Shown here: in pieces, positions 21,210 through 32,544 of the stretch
How the letters are laid out: every line of letters starts with the position of its first letter
Position numbering within the stretch: position 1 is the first letter of the stretch
NCBI GenBank assembly: GCA_964019335.1
Contig: OZ025761.1
Location: 62,001 to 126,000 of the forward strand
DNA: 64,000 bases
Reading direction: 5' to 3'
From: Diplonema japonicum
Lineage: Eukaryota > Protista > Euglenozoa: Diplonemea
Notes under the pieces: model-generated
Database searches by the model: none
Told to the model about the DNA's origin: nothing
Seen by the model: the letters and a program-made list of their open reading frames with translations, nothing else
Made by a program: the position numbers and the translations under genes

Positions 21210-22886
21210 TCACATGAGGACATATTCGAAAGCAGTCTTTTTTTCCACGATACCAGTCAGCCAGGCCTCGCAAGTAGACACTTGATTGTCTGAATGAGAC
21301 TTGAGTAGCCGCAGCGCTTGTATTACATCGCCTTGAAAGTACGCCTTCCCCGCCTCATTGTACACCTCCCACGGGTTCGCCCTCATATTGTACATCCACT
21401 CGTCGTCACCAGCGCCTTCGTTGCCTTTCTCCAAGAGCTCGTATGCAAGCTCCTCCCCTTCACGTCCCGCGACCTGCACACGGATAGGGATCAGCTTCAT
21501 GTGGAACACAAAACTCACCTCATTGTACACACTGCTCCCACATACCATCTTGTGCCTACACTGCCGACCAAGCCGCTGCAGCACCGATGCTGTCACTGCC
21601 ATCGGGCCGATCATCACAAACGACATGAGCTCTGCAGACCCCAGTGGGCCGCAGTAGGCTGTCCCGCTCGCCACCCCCATCACAGCTTCGATCCCTACCT
21701 CTCCCAGCACCTCCTTTAAACACAACACAGCCTCCACAGTGCACCTCGTGTGCCCTACACACCTCTTCGCAGCATTGAACGAGGCGTGCACATGATCCCC
21801 CACAACCACACCCACCACACCCCCATGCTGCCTCACCTTATCCACCATCACGTTGATGTAGCATTCAAACCGTCTGACATACGCGGGTGTGTCCTTCATA
21901 CTTTCGTGCGACCCTAGTATGTTCGTCACGGTGTAGGTCAAGCGCCTGCTCTCAAGTGATTGGTGCTCGCCCATGCTACAGATGTCGGTGTCGGTGTGCG
22001 ACTTGGCAAGGGAACGTCGTTTTGATAGCCGTGTGCACACGCTGCTCACACTCCCTTCGCAGTCGTCCTCGTCGTAGTTGAAGCACGACTGTGGGAGGTA
22101 TGGGCGGTAGCTGCGGAGGTTCAGAAGGATGTCGCAGAGAGCAGCGTGAAGGGGAGGGGGCAGGGGGGTGCTGTCGATGGCCTGCTCTGCAGAGACGAGG
22201 TCAAAGTGGGAGAAGCAGTCTGCGATGTGCTCTGTAGCAGCGACGACACGCTGCATGGACTCCTGTTCCTTCTGCAGGCCTCGGGCAAAGCCGCGTGTGA
22301 AACCATAGTCAAGGATGAAGATGGAGGCCCGTACTGAGTAAGTGTTCACAGCACTGAACACACCAACTCTGCAAGGAGGGCTGGTGCAGTTCCAGTTGTG
22401 AGCTTCAGCACGCTCATCACTCGGCATCATATTCGGGAGGTCGATGTCGTAGAGGCCCCAACGGAAGGCATCTTCTGTGGCGACAATGAACAACCACATG
22501 AGGAGCATTGTGACAAGGGAAGTGCCTGTTCGGTAGGGGAGGCGGGCCACCAGTGCAATGTCAACAAGGGGAACAAAGACGGGCCACACAAACTCCTCTG
22601 AAGCAACTATGTGTCCAAGGTCGTTGACGATGAGGGACAGCCCCCCTATGTAGAGTGTGATTTCCATCAACAGCTTGTTCACTCTTCTGTAGACCAGCAT
22701 GTCAATAAGCATTAGCGCATTACACACAATCACAACGACGGACCCCGCCTCCATCATCCCCCGTGATAGCACGATCACCATGAGAATGGCAGATACGATA
22801 ATGTTGCCGAAGAACATGAAACGTTTCAGAAACCTCGTGTTAGCATCGTCTTCAGGACGGAGGATGTAGCTTGGGAAGCATAGCAT
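21210..22886 (-). CDS. Multi-TM class III adenylate/guanylate cyclase-like protein (degenerate active site)
   Basis: 5-6 TM helices, linker LRSYRPYLPQS, cyclase motifs HGGVVGVVVGDHVHASFN and MGVASGTAYCGPLG. Confidence 0.85.
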   Translation of the reverse strand: MLCFPSYILRPEDDANTRFLKRFMFFGNIIVSAILMVIVLSRGMMEAGSVVVIVCNALMLIDMLVYRRVNKLLMEITLYIGGLSLIVNDLGHIVASEEFVWPVFVPLVDIALVARLPYRTGTSLVTMLLMWLFIVATEDAFRWGLYDIDLPNMMPSDERAEAHNWNCTSPPCRVGVFSAVNTYSVRASIFILDYGFTRGFARGLQKEQESMQRVVAATEHIADCFSHFDLVSAEQAIDSTPLPPPLHAALCDILLNLRSYRPYLPQSCFNYDEDDCEGSVSSVCTRLSKRRSLAKSHTDTDICSMGEHQSLESRRLTYTVTNILGSHESMKDTPAYVRRFECYINVMVDKVRQHGGVVGVVVGDHVHASFNAAKRCVGHTRCTVEAVLCLKEVLGEVGIEAVMGVASGTAYCGPLGSAELMSFVMIGPMAVTASVLQRLGRQCRHKMVCGSSVYNEVSFVFHMKLIPIRVQVAGREGEELAYELLEKGNEGAGDDEWMYNMRANPWEVYNEAGKAYFQGDVIQALRLLKSHSDNQVSTCEAWLTGIVEKKTAFEYVLM

Positions 22887-22930
22887 TAGCTTTGGTTGTC
22901 CTGAGATACAGTGTGTTCTTTTATTTTCTC

Positions 22931-22975
<45 letters not shown>

Positions 22976-23227
22976 TCCAGTAACAGACCAACTGTCCCAG
23001 TCACAGCACCTCATCTTTAAGTCTATAGTAAGTAGACTGTTGTTTAATGACAACCAGAGGTCAGAGAACGAGAAGAGGGAGAATGGCCGGACTTTGGGCC
23101 CCTGATGCACATGGAGGTTGTTCCTCTGACCACCATCGGGACGAGCTCTTGGCGAGAATAATCAAGGGAAACAAACAGTCAAAGAAAAAAAATATATTTT
23201 GACAAAATAAATTTTAAAAAAAAGAAG

Positions 23228-23665
23228 GAAAGGGAAAACAGAAATCAAAGAGTCAAAAAAAAGAAGAACACAAGCAAATCATAGCTTGCTAGTTTTTAAC
23301 GGGTGCTTTCTCACCTTTTGGGGAGGGGGGGTGAGTACTCATACCACAAAATTGTGGGTCCTTTATCTACAAGTATTTGCCAAAAAATAGAAGTGGGTTT
23401 TTTACCTCTTCTCCTTTCCTTTTTTTTTTTCTTTCCCCTTTTCCTCATAAAACACTGATAAACACAAATGATAGAGGGAGGTAGGTGGGAGGGAGATGTT
23501 TTTTACACTTGTGAGGGGTTCCAATTAAAGGAGTGAGCAACACCTGGTCTGCCTTGGCAGTGCCTAAGTGTTGATGTTGGGTGGTACTCAAGCTTGGATC
23601 TGCAGTGTAGGGTTATTCCATGCTTTGGGATCGGCTTGGAGGGCTTGTTCCCTACCCCCATGTCA
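23228..23665 (-). repeat. Dispersed ~450-bp repeat (inverted copy)
   Basis: Reverse complement of ~36665-37085 and of 20703-21060. Confidence 0.8.
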
Positions 23666-24165
23666 CTCTTGCATGTTTCTTTTCCCTTTCGTCTGCTTCT
23701 CCTCCCTCTTTCCCCCAGATCATAAAGCAGATGCTCAGGGTGATGAACAGGCAGCAAACTGCACAAGTGCAGAATCTTGGTTTACCTGGAACGCCCTGGC
23801 TAGGGTTGAGCACACTGCACGGGTTTGCGGAAATGTTTGTTTGTTTGTTTTGTTTGGGGAGCTTTTTTTTTTTTCACACTGCTGCATCTGATTGGTCGGG
23901 TGCTGTGGTGGGGAGGGGGTAGGTTCTCTGTTTCTGCTCTGATTAAATGACAAGTGCCTCAGCCGATTGGCATGCTACTTCAGCAGGTTAGATGGTTGTT
24001 GTGGAGTTGTTGCGGAGGGGGGCAGGTCCCCGGTGTCTTCGAGGTATTGGATTGTTTTCCGTTGGTTTTTCCACAAAGATGTTTCTCAGCGCCAGGGTGT
24101 TCTTTTTTCTTCTTTTTTTCCCCTCTTTTTTTCTTCTTCTTCTAAACACCGACTTTTCTTTTTAA

Positions 24166-25296
24166 CCATCTACCAATGGACCATTTTTGCCCACCAGGGG
24201 GTAAATTTTCAAAACTTCAAAAAAAGCTATTCTAGTGCAACGCTGGGGCTATATGCCCCCGGAAATGCCTCCAGATGTCCCAATTCTAGAGAGAGGGTGC
24301 CCACAGCAGGGCCCACCCCCACAACATTGTCAAAAATATCGTTCCTGAAGTGCCCGAGAGGGGGTACAAAAAACACGTCAAAAAAAATCGACTGTAAAAT
24401 TCTATAAAAAGCTATTTAAGGCCTTCTTGACGTGGTTCATATGTGCCCCAGGGCTGGGGGGGCTTCTTTTTTGACCCCGGGAGGGGTTTCTGGGGGTATC
24501 CCTGGCAGGTGGCAGTCTTTGAAGTATGGAGTCACACAAAGTTGTACCAAGCAGGCTGAACACTGAAATAGGGGTCTTTTCGACTTGAAATGCTTACACC
24601 ACACGTTGCACTACTTTTTCGGGGAAATGGTCCCAGAAGGTACTGTCACGGTGCATTGGGGTCTCAGAGCACTTCTGTGTTTCGGGGCATGGTATTGGGG
24701 CAGCCTGCTCTGTAGTTGACTTTATCTGTTGTTTAGACTGCCTCCCTAGTAGCCCTTTGATGACTGCCTCTTTGAAAGGCGTCAATACACTGTCGTTCGT
24801 ACTCAGGGTGTTGGGGGGCAAGGCTTCTTTCCAAACAAGCCAAGCATTTGCCAGAGATTTACCTAACAAGTACGAAAATACTTTTAGGGGCCACTTTTAA
24901 GTCATAAGGGTGCGTTTATGGCGTTTTGTCACAGCGTCACCCAGGTTGGTTCTGCCCATTGTGGTGTTGTAAATATGCACTTGGTGGGGAACAAGATGTC
25001 CTTTCCGGCTTTCATTCTCTTTTGGCGGACGGTCAAATTTGACTTCACTGGAACATCCAACATCAATAGAAAGCACACAGGCTTGATGTCATGCCATGTT
25101 GTGGTGCAAAGGATGCTTGCATGCTGGTGGAACTGTGTCCCCATGGGATGCACGTCCTTGGGCTTGCAGACTCGCTTCTTTGGGGCATCCATGATCTCCG
25201 GGAGGCCTTTGTGATAGGTAGAAGTCAGCATGCTTGTTTGTTTCGCTGTGGAAACACAGATTTCCCAGAATAGTCAAAAAGCGGTCTCTTGACATC
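24166..25296 (-). mobile_element. piggyBac-like transposase relic (one end)
   Basis: MSRDRFLTILGNLCF, W.D.K.V, NAWLVW and Cys-rich CSACLVQLCV tail in broken frames; TTAA|CCAT terminus at 24162-24169; cut off by YR family 2 at 25297. Confidence 0.75.
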
Positions 25297-25548
25297 TAAA
25301 GTAATTCTCAATTACTCAGGGAGTACCACCTGGGACGTGCGAAGAACAGGCGCGAGAAAGGGTCAAGGGAGGACCAGAAAGCTTTTTCTTTCATCCCTCT
25401 CTGCTTTTGTTTTACTTTTCGCTTTTTATTTTCAATGTTTTATTCATACTTTTATACTCTTATATTCATTGATCCTTTTTTGTGGTTTTTCTGGCAGTGT
25501 TACTTACCATACAGTGATCTGTCCGAAATCCCCTGTTCGCTCAGAAAA

Positions 25549-26946
25549 ATGTCGCAGTATGAAGCGTTGAATGGGCAGAGGGTGCAGGTGCACTTGAGGG
25601 GACCAGATGGTGCTGAAGAGCACGTAGTTGGCACAGTTGGTGTCAATGATGCAGGTGCCTTTCTGGCTGAAGAAGGAACAGGTGAAGTCAATGCCTTTGC
25701 CCATTTTGCAGAGCAGGTAGTGGAGGTGACACCCCTCCTACCTGCAACAAGGACACGCACAGGCACACCCAAGAGGGGAAGGAAGGACCAAGGACGCACA
25801 ACCAACGTCCAGGAAGATGTGGAAGACCTCACATCTGGCCTGGAGGAGCAGAGGCAGCACCAGCTGAGGATGGCCTCTGTCCTCAACGGTGTCAGGGGAG
25901 AGGTGGATGAGGTGCGTGGTCATGGCTTGGAGCTGGCAGCAAAGGCAAGGCAGCAGCAGCACCTGGTTGAGGCTGCACAGGCAGAGGCAAGGGAGATTGC
26001 CAAGATAATTATGGATGAGAAGGGTGGATCTGCTGCAACAAAGGCAGGCCTGGAAGGACGCCTCTCTGAGGCAATCTCAAGGCTGCAGGTGCTGGAGGGA
26101 GAGCACTCCCTCACCCTCAGGAGGGTTGAGCAGGCAGGAGCAGAGGTCCAGCAGGCACACCGGCTTGCAAAGGAAGGGACACAGCGGACACAGGAGGAGG
26201 TGTACCGCATGGCTCAGGTAGGAGGTGGGCTGGAAGGCCAGGTGCAGGCAGCCATCACCGTGATGGAGCAGAGGACACAGCAGTTGGAGCAGCGGCTGGA
26301 GCAGACAAGGCAGGAGGACATCCAACGCCTAGAGCGGGCAAGGCAGGATGACCGCCAGCACCTCGTGGAAGTCCTGCGGAACATGGCACCTTCGATCCCT
26401 CAACAGCATGTGCCAGTGCCAATACCTCTCCAGTCCTCTTGTGGGCTGCCCCAACACCACTGTGAGTTTCCTCAGCAGCACCAAGGTGCACTTCCTCCAC
26501 AACAACAACAACAGCAGAGCACACTCCCCCATGGCTTCTACTGCCTTGCTACAGGTATTGACAGGGGAGACCTCCTTGAGGCTAGTAGGTGGCGCCTCTT
26601 TGCAGGGGAGTCAGACCAGCTGGTTGAGAGGGGCCTCCGTGAGTGGGCTGAGTATGACAGGCAGGCAGAGTCTCACCGTCTGGAGATTGACCACCTGGTC
26701 AGCACCCTCCTCTACACAAGAAGGCTCATGGTTCCTGGGGTTGATCAACATGTGGTGCTGAACATCATCCATGGGCAGCTGAGGAGGTTGGATGTGAAGA
26801 GGGCAGGTGTAGACAGGGGTTTTGCAGTGGCAAATGACCAGAACCTCCCCCCATCATACCTGGCAAGGATCCAAGCAGCAGATAAGACACTGGAGGCAAC
26901 CCGCAAGGCAGAGAAAGGTCAGAGGAGCAGTGGACGTGTACAACCA

Positions 26947-26978
<32 letters not shown>

Positions 26979-27078
26979 ACAGCAATCACAGCAGCCACAG
27001 CAGCAGCAACAGTACAAAGCAAGGGGGTCAGGACCCTCGGGTTTTCAGGCGCGTGGGGCCAAAGGTGGTCGGCGGTGA
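25549..27078 (+). CDS. ORF1 (coiled-coil, gag-like) of YR family 2
   Basis: ATG just after repeat A; long heptad-rich region, poly-Q, basic tail; positional assignment. Confidence 0.65.
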
Positions 27079-28087
27079 GCTGTGGGCAGGTAACCCCTGG
27101 GTCTCCAGGTGGTAGGGGGCAAGCGGAAGCGAGAGGACACACCTGCAGAGTACAACATCGAGAGGGTGGTGCAGGCACTTGCTTTGCTGGGGGTGCAGTG
27201 GTCAGGTGTTCCAGATTCCCCAGATCTGGAGGAGGAAAGGCAGGTGCTGCTCAGCGAGATGGCAAAGGTTCGAGCAGGAAACACAATGCATAGAATGGCA
27301 TCAGTGCTGGAAGACCTAGTGAGTTTTGCAACTGCTCACAAGGTGGTGTCTGGAGGACAAGGTGCTGCTCTGGCTCGCGAGGAAGGCAAAGCAGGGTGTT
27401 GCTCCATCTGCAAGGGCTGGATATGCTCGTTCTGTGACCTCAGCAGTGGCATTGTTCAGCAAGGAAGAGAAGCTACAGGGCCTAAGGTGGTACATCGATT
27501 CAATGGAGCACCAAGGGGCAAGGCAGCCACAGACACAAGCAAAGGTGCTGACGATGCTGGAGGTGCGGAGCCTGGTCAGGGGGCTGGATGCACAGATGGG
27601 AACAGCTGTCCTGCTGATGTGGTTGATGGCACTGCGCTTCTCAGATGTCCTGCAGCTGGCAGATTGCATTGTTGTCGAGAACACAGTGACGTCCCTAAGG
27701 TTAAGGTTCACCATTGAGGCAGGCAAGACCAATCGTGGCAAGAAGAAGACAGAAGAGGAGGTTGAGGTGGCTGCAGAGTGGAAGGACAAGGTGCTGGAGC
27801 ACGTGGAAGCTGTGAAGGGGAGAAGGATGTTCATTGTACTGAAGTATGCCGAGTTCATGGTAGCAATGAAGGCCATTGTTCCTCACGTTTCTACCCACTC
27901 CCTGAAGCACACACATGTCCAGATGGTGGCACAAGACAACCCCAACATGCCCATGGAGGAGCTAATGCTAGACTCTGGGCACAAGGGTGTACTGTCGTAC
28001 GAGACGTATGCAGGGGCAGAGGTGCTGAGGCAGCAGAAGAGCAGGAAAGTAGATCCGGTGAGGCGTCGACTCCAACAGAGGCAATGA
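27075..28087 (+). pseudogene. Tyrosine recombinase (frameshifted)
   Basis: LRFSDV (R), KTN (K), HSLKH, SGH (H), YETY (Y); 5-nt deletion near 27348 relative to the 40-kb copy. Confidence 0.85.
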
Positions 28088-28970
28088 GTGGTGTGAACCT
28101 GGGGCTGCCTGGTAATTCTGGGTGCGGCACGGGGGAACGCATGAAGAGCCGAAGGAGGAGGAGACACAGGGGTTTGTGGAAGAGGATCCTCATGATGCTG
28201 GATGTGAGGAACTATGATGAGGATCCTCTCCAGTTTGACAAGTACGAGGAGTCGAAGGAGGCAAGGAAGGCAGGAGCGCTGCTGCAGGAAGGAGACATGG
28301 ACACAGTTGTGACCAACACCGTGCGGCTTGAGGTGATGCGTGGCTTCCGGATGGAGGATGGCAGCATCAACACAGTTATTCCTGATGTGGAGCGGCTCCT
28401 TGGTGGTGGAAAGGTGTTTGAGGATCTGTTTGAAGATGAAGATTTCCGGCCAGTAGGGGCGCCAGGAAAGAAGTCAACACTCACCCGTAGGCAGGTGCAG
28501 CAGCAGGAGGAGGCAGGTGTGCTGGAGAAGAAGGGATGGTCAGATGAGAAGGTGAAGAATGTGGTGAAAGCGTTCACAGTTCCAAAGCCAAGTGGAAAGA
28601 GGAGGCTGGTGGTGGATGCATCGCTGGTGGGCAATGCACAGAGGGACCCTCCATCAGTTGATCTGCCATCTGTTGCTGATGTGAAGGAGATGGTGGTACA
28701 AAACGAGTACGTTGTGCAGCTGGATGGGAAGTCGTGGTTCTACCAGATTGGAGCTCGGCCCCTCCGTGAGTATTTCGCATTGCATACAGTTGCAGGATGG
28801 TACTGGTTGGTTGTGCTGGCGATGGGCTGGTCGTGGAGTGTGTGGGTGGCGCAGAGTGTGGCAGCGTTGTTGGCAAGTGAGGCTTGTGTGAGGGCAGGAA
28901 GGATGAAGGCTGGTGCGCTTGTTTACATTGACAACTTTGTCCTGTATGCGGAACAGAAGGAGGATGTGGC
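28084..28970 (+). pseudogene. DIRS/VIPER-type RT, truncated
   Basis: FTVPKPSGKRRLVVDA, LDGKSWFYQI, MGWSWS, YIDNF; ATG overlaps the YR stop. Confidence 0.9.
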
Positions 28971-29778
28971 AAGGAAGAAACATTGGTCATCGCATTCAAG
29001 TCGATGGTTTCTAGTTTTAAGCACCACTCCAAGAAGCGATCACCAATTTCAGAAAGATAGGTCATCGCATTCAAGTCAATGGTTTCTAGTTTGTCACACC
29101 AAGACAAGAAGTCATTACCAATGTAAGAAACATTGGTCATTGCATTCAAGTCGATGGTTTCTAGTTTGCCACACCAAGACAAGAAGCTATCACCAATAGA
29201 AGAAACATTGGTCATTGCATTCAAGTTGATGGTTTCTAGATTTTCGCACTTATATAAAAAATTTCTATCAATGGTGGAAACATTGGGGAGGATGAGATCA
29301 ACAGACGTCAGGTCTTTGCTGTTTTCAAGAAACTCATGGTCTATCCTTGTAACACAGCCTGTGGAGTCGGTGCCAACGAGGAACCGAAGTCCAGAAGGAA
29401 GGTCACTGCTGTTCATGGACAAGACTTCGACAGTTGGCGAGTTCCCCACCTCCACCACCAGAACCAGCTCAGGGTCAGCTGTCACAAGCCCCTCAAGCTC
29501 CAAAACCACTTCTGATCTCTCAAGCTCCTCCAGCTGAACGGTTCTCATCTTGTTCGCCTCCACATGGACCACGGAGCCCTCCACAAGCCCAAGTGAATGA
29601 AGCTCCTCACCCCCGTTCATGTCAAGGAGGTCTCCTTCCCAAACCAGTTTGAACTTGCCTTCGAGTAAACGAGCAGCCACCCCGCCTTCTTGTACAGGCT
29701 CCCCACCGTCTCCTTCCCTGACACTTCCACATCGTGAACCCCGCCTCCCGTCTTCACGAACACTGTCATATCGTTCAT
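28971..29778 (-). pseudogene. Ubl-LRR paralogue, frameshifted and 3'-truncated
   Basis: Paralogue of 54567-55706 with the same upstream sequence; small deletion near 29682; LRRs cut at 28971. Confidence 0.85.
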
Positions 29779-31027
29779 TTTGTTGCAGTGTCTTTGCTGT
29801 AAAAGGCGATTCATTCTCCATGTTCGGGGAGGGGGGGGGGGGGGGGGGGGGGTAACACAGAATAAGAAAAGTTCCTTTTTTTTTTCCTTCTTTTTCCTGT
29901 TCCTTTTTTTCTTTTTTTTTTTTTTTTTTTATTTGTTTCCTTTCTTTGATCAATGTCATGCATCAACCCCTTGGTGTACGTTCTTTTACTTTCAATCGAT
30001 TGTTATATATGTACTTATAAAATAGAGTGTGTTAGAGGTGTCGGTGAAGTCGTAGGTGTTGAAGTCACCCTCCCCTCCAGCTCTTCTGCACAGGCTGGTT
30101 TCTAGTTCTCGTAGCCTTCTACTTTTCCTTCAGCGTATTTCTCATTGTAGCTGATGGGGGCCAACCAGACCTTTGAAAACATGTGTATTTTGTGTGTGAA
30201 GCGTGCAATGACCTACTTGATTACAGGGGGTGCTCCTCGGCCGAGTAGTAGCTTCTTCTGTGTTCCGTGTCGTGTCCTTAATGCATGTGGTGTGCTCATA
30301 TTTCCATGTTATCCCCACCACCTTGACAAAAAAAAAGGAACTAAACTAACACAACATTTATGTCTTGTTGTATTAAAAAAGAATATCAAAAAGGGAGGGG
30401 TTAAAAAGTTGTCTCGATTTTAGTGGTGCCATGCAGTATGTGACACAGTGGCCACCCCTCCCAAGTCCCCTGTGGTCTGTAGAAAGTAAAAGTGGAGAGG
30501 TAAAGAAAGCTTGGAAATTGAAATAGGGAGAGGCCACAGAAGCAATTAAACACCAACTGGAGAGTATGCTGTGGGAGGCTTGCTTCACTGGCTCGATGCT
30601 GCAGAGAGGCTACTTGCCTGACCTGGTGAAGCCACCTCCTTGTTGGATGTAATGGGATAAGGGACTCTCCGTTGAGGGCAATGCTAACCGGCGCCATGCA
30701 TAGGGGCTCTCCACCCCCATCCAGATTTCCCCACATGTATGGCTTAACACGAGTATCCCTTTTACTTGTGTCTCTCCAAACCACAATTACCAGAAACCAC
30801 CACAGGGAGGTTGGAAACATTGGTCTCCAAATAAAAAAGGGGAGGGGTCAAAAAGAACAACAAAGCAGAACGTATTGCATCAGAATACTAATTTTTGTTT
30901 TAAAGGAAAGAAACTGAAGAAAAAAACTGTATTTCTATCATGGTGTTGGAGTGCTCCATCCACAGACCCAGTTTCGTCCCTTACAACAACCCCTAGGTAC
31001 CTGGGACTTATCAGGCTGTGTTGCACC

Positions 31028-31891
31028 TTATGTGGTCTTGTTTTTGCACCTTGACAAGTAATCACCAACAGAAGGATGATTAGCAATTGCACTCAAGTCT
31101 ATGGTTTCTAGCTTTTCACACCCTTTCAAGAAGTGAGAACCAATGGTATAAATATTGGCCATTGCATTCAAGTCAATAGTTTCTAGTTTTGTACACCCAT
31201 ACAAGAAGGAAGAGCCAATGGAATTAAGATTGGCCATCGCATTCAAGTCGATGGTTTCTAGTTTCGTGCACCCATACAAGAAGCAAGAACCAATTTCAGA
31301 AAGATTGGTCATCGCATTCAAGTCAATGGTTTTTAGATTTCTGCACCCACATAAAAACTTATTAGCAATGGTGAAAACATTGGGGAGGATGAGATCAACA
31401 GACATCAGGTGGTGGGAATATGCAAGAAAGTGAGCATCAATCCTTGTAACACAGCCTGTGGAGTCAGTGACAACGAGGAACCGAAGTCCAGAAGGAAGGT
31501 CCTTGCTGTTCATGGACAAGACTTCGACAGTTGGCGAGTTCCCCACCTCCACCACCAGAACCAGCTCAGGGTCAGCTGTCACAAGCCCCTCAAGCTCCAA
31601 AACCACTTCTGATCTCTCAAGCTCCTCCAGCTGAACAGTTCTCATCTTGTTCACCTCCACATGGACCATGGAGCCCTCCACAAGCCCAAGTGAATGAAGC
31701 TCCTCACCCCCATTCATGTCAAGGAGGTCTCCTTCCCAAACCAGTTTGAACTTACCTTCGAGTAAACGAGCAGCACACCCCACCTTCTTGTACAGGCTCC
31801 CCACCGTCTCCTTCCCTGACACTTCCACATTGTGAACCCCACCTCCCATCTTCACGAACACTGTCATATCGTTCACCTCTTCATTGGTCAT
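31028..31891 (-). CDS. Ubl-LRR protein (CpG-decayed duplicate of 51576-52439)
   Basis: 287 aa, open frame; many substitutions versus 51576 are CpG transitions. Confidence 0.8.
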   Translation of the reverse strand: MTNEEVNDMTVFVKMGGGVHNVEVSGKETVGSLYKKVGCAARLLEGKFKLVWEGDLLDMNGGEELHSLGLVEGSMVHVEVNKMRTVQLEELERSEVVLELEGLVTADPELVLVVEVGNSPTVEVLSMNSKDLPSGLRFLVVTDSTGCVTRIDAHFLAYSHHLMSVDLILPNVFTIANKFLCGCRNLKTIDLNAMTNLSEIGSCFLYGCTKLETIDLNAMANLNSIGSSFLYGCTKLETIDLNAMANIYTIGSHFLKGCEKLETIDLSAIANHPSVGDYLSRCKNKTT

Positions 31892-32544
31892 TCTCTTTCT
31901 CTTTCTTATTCTATTGTTCTTTTCTTTTTCGTTTCTTATTCACACCTTTTTTGCTTTTTTAATTTTATTTTTAATGTATTTTCCCTGTGTGCTTGTCTTG
32001 AAGGCTTATGAAGTCAAATGAAGAAGCAGATAGAAGAAGAAGAAAGCTGTCACTTTTTAACAATAACAATTCATTTACAGGGTTTCTGTTTTTTAAACAA
32101 CACGTCCCTTTTTTTTCCCCCCCTTTTGTTTCCCCAAAAGAATTCTTTCCACAGAAAAGATAATGAGATTTTTGCGACAACATCAATGACCGATGCCCTG
32201 AGAATTAAGCAGAGGTTGCTGCCATGGCCTGTATCAGTCTGTTGCCAGAAAGAGGAATGAAAATAACAGAACAAAGTGAAAAGGGAAAAGGAGAAAAGAG
32301 GGCCTGGTCGGAAAATACTGGACCATAGAGATGATCGAGCAAGGGAGGGAGGGAGCTGGATGTGACCCAAAGCAAAACTTGTATAAGGTAAGACCCTGCA
32401 AATGTGTGGTATATGAGCTGCTCATAATTAAATATGTGGTCAGGAATTTCCCATATTTGGGGGGTGGCACTAGCAGGCTCAGCAGCATCTATCTCAACTC
32501 ACAACACAATGACTCCTAAAGGTGCTCTTTTTAGCACTACTCGA

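Larger units (their letters stand above)
25297..28970 (+). mobile_element. Tyrosine-recombinase retrotransposon family 2, copy 1 (3'-truncated)
   Basis: 5' repeat A (25297-25540), ORF1, YR and RT up to YIDNF; ends abruptly against an inverted Ubl-LRR relic. Confidence 0.9.

Noticed and set aside
27778-29959. Apparent RT-fusion (473 aa +) and LRR-fusion (461 aa -) ORFs
   Set aside because: Read-through across the rearrangement junction at ~28970 into antisense sequence.
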